Positions 26,896 to 32,000 of a DNA stretch of 32,000 nucleotides are shown one piece after another. The stretch lies in contig CP104013.1 of assembly GCA_025839675.1 (NCBI GenBank), positions 900,001-932,000 on the forward strand. The letters are read 5' to 3'. Each line of letters starts with the position of its first letter. Position 1 is the stretch's first letter. The position numbers were made by a program, and so were the translations under genes. The notes under the pieces were generated by a model. It made no database searches, was not told where the DNA came from, and saw only the letters and a list, made by a program, of their open reading frames with translations. Source of the DNA: Candidatus Lokiarchaeum ossiferum (lineage in GTDB: Archaea; Asgardarchaeota; Lokiarchaeia; Sigyniarchaeales; Promethearchaeaceae).

Positions 26896-28128
26896 ATGAA
26901 TCTAGTTGGTAAGCAAATGATTACCTTAGAAACACTGCTTGAAGAACAAAAAGCGGTTTTAGTTCTTAGTAATGGAAAAATTTTTCATGGAATCGGTTTT
27001 GGAGCCACAACTAAAGCAATTGGTGAATTAGTATTTACAACCTTCACTGCAGCAGGTTACAATTGTGCATTGACAGACCCAAGTAACCATGGGCAACTTT
27101 ATACTCTAACCTACCCTCTTGTTGGAAATTATGGCGTTCCTCCATGGGAAAAGGATCAAACGGGGATAGAAAAGTGGTTTGAAAGTGATTCTATTAAGTG
27201 CTCCGGGTTTATCGTCCATGAAGCATGTAAAAATCCTTCTCATTATGAATCGACAAAGAATTTAGATATGTTTTTGAAAGAACACCATATTCCTGGAATT
27301 GAACGCATAGATACTCGTGAATTAACGAAAATCCTCAGGAAGGAAGGAGTTCAGTTAGGGTTGCTTCAAGTATTTGCCAAAGATGAACTCATACCCTCCG
27401 ATACAGAGTTGTTGCAAGAAGTTAAAAATGCTCTAGATCCAAATCAACGCCATTTGGTCGCTGAAATTTCTAGAGAAAAAGTTCAAGAGTTAAGAATAGC
27501 CGAAGAAAGAAGTATTGGAACAGTAATTGTAATTGATTGTGGAGTAAAGAATAACATTTTACGTGAATTAAATAAACGAAACTTAGATGTAGTAATCGTT
27601 CCCTACAATACTTCTTATGAAGAAATAATGAAATATGATCCAGATGGAATCTTAATCAGTAATGGTCCTGGAGATCCTAAAAAGTGCATTGAAACGATTG
27701 AAGTAGCTAAAAACATCATAAATAACAATATCCCATGCATGGGAATATGTTTAGGAAATCAAATTATAGGGTTAGCTGCCGGGGGAGATACTTATAAAAT
27801 GAAGTTTGGACATCGAGGCGGAAATAAACCAGTTATTGATTTACGTACAGGAAAGGGATTTATTACAAGTCAAAATCATGGCTATGCACTAAAAATCACC
27901 ACCTTGCTTAAATCGGGATTTAAACCCCTTTTTACGAATGCTGATGATGGAACTAATGAAGGAATTTATCATCCAGAAAAACCGATCTTTGCGGTCCAAT
28001 TCCACCCAGAAGCATACCCTGGTCCCGAAGATACAACCTATTTATTTGACGATTTTCTTCAAAACATCGCTTTTCGCGCTTTTACACATCCACGAGATAA
28101 AAATCAATCTATTGAGGAGGAGATTTAA
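26896..28128 (+). CDS. carA: carbamoyl-phosphate synthase small (glutaminase) subunit
   Basis: GATase class I triad context GICLGNQ and VQFHPEA. N-terminal CPSase small-chain domain (LVLSNGKIFHGIGFGA). Confidence 0.9.
   Translation: MNLVGKQMITLETLLEEQKAVLVLSNGKIFHGIGFGATTKAIGELVFTTFTAAGYNCALTDPSNHGQLYTLTYPLVGNYGVPPWEKDQTGIEKWFESDSIKCSGFIVHEACKNPSHYESTKNLDMFLKEHHIPGIERIDTRELTKILRKEGVQLGLLQVFAKDELIPSDTELLQEVKNALDPNQRHLVAEISREKVQELRIAEERSIGTVIVIDCGVKNNILRELNKRNLDVVIVPYNTSYEEIMKYDPDGILISNGPGDPKKCIETIEVAKNIINNNIPCMGICLGNQIIGLAAGGDTYKMKFGHRGGNKPVIDLRTGKGFITSQNHGYALKITTLLKSGFKPLFTNADDGTNEGIYHPEKPIFAVQFHPEAYPGPEDTTYLFDDFLQNIAFRAFTHPRDKNQSIEEEI
28114..28122 (+). promoter_or_regulatory. Shine-Dalgarno site for carB inside the carA 3' end; TAATG stop/start overlap
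   Basis: GAGGAGGAG lies 5 nt upstream of the ATG at 28128. The carA TAA (26126-28128 read as 28126-28128) shares its last A with the carB ATG. Confidence 0.6.
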
Positions 28129-31100
28129 TGCCATTAGACCTCTCCATAAAAAAATCTTTAGTTTTAGGATCTGGAGCAATTCGTATTGGTCAAGCAGGAG
28201 AATTTGACTATTCAGGATCTCAAGTATTAAAAGCCCTCAAAGAAGAAGGCATTTATACAATATTAATCAACCCAAATATTGCAACTATTCAGACTGATCC
28301 AAATCTCTCTGATCAAGTCTATTTATTGCCAGTCACTGCAGAATTTGTTGAAGACATTATTAAAAAAGAACACCCTGATAGCATTTTATTATCTTTTGGA
28401 GGTCAAACAGCCTTAAATGTAGGAGTAGAACTGTATAAAAAAGGGATTTTAAAAAAATATGGAATTCGAGTTTTAGGAACACCGATTGAATCAATACAAA
28501 ATACAGAGGATCGTGAATTATTCCGTAAAATAATGATGGAATGCGACGTGGAGATCTGCAAGTCCGCTACTGCAACGAATAAAGAAGAAGCAGAAAAAAT
28601 AGTCCTTGATATTGGATATCCAGTAATGATTCGGGTGGCCTACACATTAGGTGGAGCAGGATCAGGAATTGCCCACAATAAAGAACAGTTTGATGCCTTA
28701 GTTGATAAAGCACTTGCTCAATCAGTAATTTCACAAATACTTGTGGAAGAATATGTAGGTGGGTGGAAAGAAATCGAATATGAAGTTATGCGCGACAAAG
28801 AAGATAATACAATCACAGTATGTAATATGGAAAACTTTGATCCTTGCGGTATTCATACAGGTGAATCGATAGTAGTTGCCCCAAGCCAAACTCTCACCAA
28901 TGAAGAATATCAAATGCTTCGATCGGCATCAATTCGCGCAATTCGACATATTGGTATTATTGGAGAATGTAATATTCAATATGCACTCCACCCAACATCT
29001 AAAAAATATATTGCAATTGAAGTCAATGCACGTTTGTCTCGCAGTTCTGCTTTAGCGAGTAAAGCAACAGGCTATCCTTTAGCATACATTGCAGCGAAAC
29101 TAGCTTTAGGTTATACCCTACTTGAATTGAAAAACAAGGTAACAAATATTACAACAGCTTGTTTTGAACCTGCTCTGGATTATGTCGCATTAAAAATGCC
29201 TCGATGGAATTTAGAAAAATTTCAACGCGTTTCTCGTAGAATTGGAACACAAATGAAAAGTGTTGGGGAGGTGATGGGGATAGGAAGAACATTTGAAGAA
29301 GCCTATCAAAAATCCATCCGTATGCTTGATATTGGTATGAGAGGGGCGGTTGGAAATGATCTTGAAAAAGAATGGAGTGAATTAAGCAGAGATGCATTAG
29401 AACATGAATTAAATTCACCCACAGACATTCGATATTTATTGATTCCTGTTGCCTTGAGAAAGGGTTTATCTGTGGATGAAATTTATGCTTTAACCAAAAT
29501 TGATAAATGGTTTCTTCATAAAATTGAACATATCCTGCAAATAGAAAAAATGATGCAAAATATGCCTTTAGATACCGAAAATCATATAAAAAGCATGGTC
29601 ATTGCTTATGCAAAACGATATGGGTTTTCTGATGGGCAAATCTGTCGTTATTTTGATCAAGAATCCTATGAAATTCGTAAATTTCGGCATAAAGCGGGGA
29701 TTCAACCCGTTGTTAAGCAAATTGACACTTTAGCAGCAGAATGGCCAGCAAACACAAATTATTTGTACATGACGTATGGAGGAACTACTGATGATTTGGA
29801 TTATTCCAATGCGGAACAAAACAACCTAAACATCAATGGTAAGAAGAAGGTCATAGTTTTGGGTTCTGGAGTTTATCGGATTGGATCTTCAGTCGAATTT
29901 GACTGGGGCTGTGTAAACATGGCTTGGGCACTTCGAGAACTTGATGTAGATGAAGTGATAATGATTAACTATAACCCAGAAACAGTTAGTACCGATTATG
30001 ATGTGAGTGATAAACTGTATTTTGAAGAATTAAGTCCTGAGCGCGTCTTAGACATTTGCCATAAAGAATATGCCCAAGGATTGATTGTGAGTGTAGGAGG
30101 ACAAATTGGGAATAATCTAGCTCAAGAATTTACCAAATATAAGAAAGCTTTCGATGCAACAGGAATAAAAATTTTGGGAACCTTAGGAAAAGATATTGAT
30201 AAAGCTGAAAATCGCATGAAATTTGGAAAAATAATGGATTCTTTAGGAATTATTCAACCCCGCTGGGCTCAGCTCTTAGAAATGGAAGATGCCTTAATGT
30301 TTGCCAAAAATGTTGAATATCCTGTTTTAGTGCGACCATCATATGTACTCTCTGGAGCAGCCATGCGAGTGGCCACGCGAGAATCAGAACTGAGAGAATA
30401 TTTAGAACTTGCAGCAGTAGTTTCCAAAGAAAATCCAGTAGTAATAACCAAATTTTTTACTGATGCACGAGAAATTGAATGTGATGGAGTTGCGGATGGA
30501 GAGAATGTGTTCATTGCTGGAGTAGTTGAACATATTGAAAATGCAGGTGTACATAGTGGAGACGCCACTATGAGTCTTCCCGCACCATCACTGCCGTATA
30601 AAATGTGGGAAAAAATTCAGCATGAGACACGCAGAATTGCATTAGCTATGGGAGTGCAAGGTCCATTCAACATCCAATATTTAGTAAGAGATAAAAAAAT
30701 CTATGTAATTGAAATGAATCTCCGTAGCTCCCGATCCATGCCATATGTAAGTAAAACAATAGGCATGAATCTAATTAAGTTAGCCGCCGAAGTCATCATG
30801 GGAGGCAAAATACCCAAACGGTTAATAAAACATTCAATTCCCCCATATGTTTGTATAAAAACCCCTCAATTTTCTTTTATGCGCTTAGAAGGAGCAGATC
30901 CAATCTTAGGAGTTGAAATGATGTCGACCGGAGAAGTAGCATGCATTGGTGAAGATTTTCCTGATGCTTTAATTAAAAGTATGATGGCCGCAGAATTCAA
31001 AGTACCACTTGAATGTGGTAATATTTTGATTACAGTTGCCGGGATGGAGTTAAAACAAGCGATTACACCTTTTGCATTACGCTTGGAAGAGTTAGGTTTT

Positions 31101-31487
31101 AAAATTTTTGCAACCCCCCACACTGCGGATGTATTCATGGATCAAGGTATTAACGTGGGCATCCTCAATAAAGTAAGTCAAGAAGAAATCAAACCAAATA
31201 TAGTGGATTATATTCTAAAACGCGATTTGGCTTTAGTCATCAATATTCCCCTTGCATCAAACAAAATTCACAGCAATCAGATTTTAGAAGATGAATATCT
31301 TATCCGTAGAAAAGCAATTGAATTCAATATTCCGGTGATAACCAACATCCAGCTTGTCGAAGCATTGGTTGAAGCGATTGAGAATTTGCATGATGCAGGC
31401 ATAACCAGCATAGAAAAATACCATGAAAAAGTATTGATAAAATCTCTTTCTGATTACCATCAATATCTTCGTGAAATATACTGGTAA
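28128..31487 (+). CDS. carB: carbamoyl-phosphate synthase large subunit
   Basis: 1119 aa. Duplicated ATP-grasp halves (VLGSGAIRIGQAGEFDYSG and VLGSGVYRIGSSVEFDWG) and a C-terminal MGS-like domain. Confidence 0.95.
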   Translation: MPLDLSIKKSLVLGSGAIRIGQAGEFDYSGSQVLKALKEEGIYTILINPNIATIQTDPNLSDQVYLLPVTAEFVEDIIKKEHPDSILLSFGGQTALNVGVELYKKGILKKYGIRVLGTPIESIQNTEDRELFRKIMMECDVEICKSATATNKEEAEKIVLDIGYPVMIRVAYTLGGAGSGIAHNKEQFDALVDKALAQSVISQILVEEYVGGWKEIEYEVMRDKEDNTITVCNMENFDPCGIHTGESIVVAPSQTLTNEEYQMLRSASIRAIRHIGIIGECNIQYALHPTSKKYIAIEVNARLSRSSALASKATGYPLAYIAAKLALGYTLLELKNKVTNITTACFEPALDYVALKMPRWNLEKFQRVSRRIGTQMKSVGEVMGIGRTFEEAYQKSIRMLDIGMRGAVGNDLEKEWSELSRDALEHELNSPTDIRYLLIPVALRKGLSVDEIYALTKIDKWFLHKIEHILQIEKMMQNMPLDTENHIKSMVIAYAKRYGFSDGQICRYFDQESYEIRKFRHKAGIQPVVKQIDTLAAEWPANTNYLYMTYGGTTDDLDYSNAEQNNLNINGKKKVIVLGSGVYRIGSSVEFDWGCVNMAWALRELDVDEVIMINYNPETVSTDYDVSDKLYFEELSPERVLDICHKEYAQGLIVSVGGQIGNNLAQEFTKYKKAFDATGIKILGTLGKDIDKAENRMKFGKIMDSLGIIQPRWAQLLEMEDALMFAKNVEYPVLVRPSYVLSGAAMRVATRESELREYLELAAVVSKENPVVITKFFTDAREIECDGVADGENVFIAGVVEHIENAGVHSGDATMSLPAPSLPYKMWEKIQHETRRIALAMGVQGPFNIQYLVRDKKIYVIEMNLRSSRSMPYVSKTIGMNLIKLAAEVIMGGKIPKRLIKHSIPPYVCIKTPQFSFMRLEGADPILGVEMMSTGEVACIGEDFPDALIKSMMAAEFKVPLECGNILITVAGMELKQAITPFALRLEELGFKIFATPHTADVFMDQGINVGILNKVSQEEIKPNIVDYILKRDLALVINIPLASNKIHSNQILEDEYLIRRKAIEFNIPVITNIQLVEALVEAIENLHDAGITSIEKYHEKVLIKSLSDYHQYLREIYW

Positions 31488-31496
31488 TTTTTTTTT
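31488..31496 (+). terminator. oligo-T tract directly after the carB stop
   Basis: T9 abuts the TAA at 31485-31487. Confidence 0.45.
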
Positions 31497-31549
31497 ACAT
31501 TCAATGATTTATTTAGGTTCATAATAACTTATTTGTTTGATTGCATTTG

Positions 31550-32000
31550 TTGAAAAACGTAACCATCATTGGAGAGAAAAAATCTGTTTATTCCAAGGAT
31601 ATAGCATTCTCTTTTATAACTCCAGATTTTCTCTCAAATTTCATGATTAACATAAATGAAGAAATGACAGCCCGGAAGTATTTCAATCAAGAAACCGTTT
31701 TAGATTTACTTTCAGTTAAGATCATCTGCTATAAAATTTTGGAACCTTTTCCTTTATTCTTTGCCTTAACGTACGATGATTCTATTGTCCCAGAGAAATT
31801 TTATCCAACATTACATTCTGTGATAGAAAAGACCTTGGATTTCTTAAAAGATAAGAAACCCGAAATTTTACAAAAAGAACCAACAGTTTTTAAAAAGCCC
31901 TTTGAGAAACTTGTCGATTTTGCTATGGAAAATAGACCCCCAAAGATATCAATATTGGGATACAATGGTGTTGGCAAAACATCGATCTGTAATTACATTG
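31550..32000 (+). CDS. second longin-like + small GTPase protein, 3'-truncated by the window edge
   Basis: My own translation in the frame opened after the TGA at 31538-31540. Only TTG starts (31541, 31547, 31550) precede (M)KNVTIIGEKKSVYSKDIAF... The frame runs to PPKISILGYNGVGKTSICNYI (P-loop) at the edge. The layout parallels the GTPase at 1018-2979. Confidence 0.55.
   Translation, partial: MKNVTIIGEKKSVYSKDIAFSFITPDFLSNFMININEEMTARKYFNQETVLDLLSVKIICYKILEPFPLFFALTYDDSIVPEKFYPTLHSVIEKTLDFLKDKKPEILQKEPTVFKKPFEKLVDFAMENRPPKISILGYNGVGKTSICNYI

Overview
This is an AT-rich, gene-dense archaeal window with Shine-Dalgarno-like sites, oligo-T tracts after genes and an intron-containing tRNA. The gene content points to an Asgard (Lokiarchaeia-like) genome; this is inference and could not be checked by search. 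Housekeeping and energy genes are iorAB, nadA, trxB, carAB and a tungsten-type aldehyde:ferredoxin oxidoreductase (AOR) operon. Two inverted paralogous membrane H+-pyrophosphatases bracket the AOR operon. Non-housekeeping content is led by a divergent four-gene cluster at 1018-5748. It holds a Roadblock/LC7-like protein and a 653-aa multidomain Ras-superfamily GTPase (longin-like N-domain, G domain, 16 Pro-rich octads from a near-perfect 72-bp tandem repeat, C-terminal coiled coil). These face a ~450-aa coiled-coil protein with a C-terminal winged helix and a small longin-like protein. A second longin-GTPase paralog starts at the right edge, and another mini longin-like ORF sits at 13545-13973. 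Other notable items: three perfectly identical tracts (179, 106 and 143 bp) shared by the two otherwise synonymously diverged PPase genes, consistent with gene conversion. There is also a tRNA-Leu(UAA) with a ~55-nt insertion in the D-loop, a heavily N-glycosylatable surface protein with a PGF-CTERM-like tail, and a bacterial LpxL/HtrB-family acyltransferase homolog. No CRISPR array, transposase or rRNA was seen. All family assignments rest on motif reading by eye.
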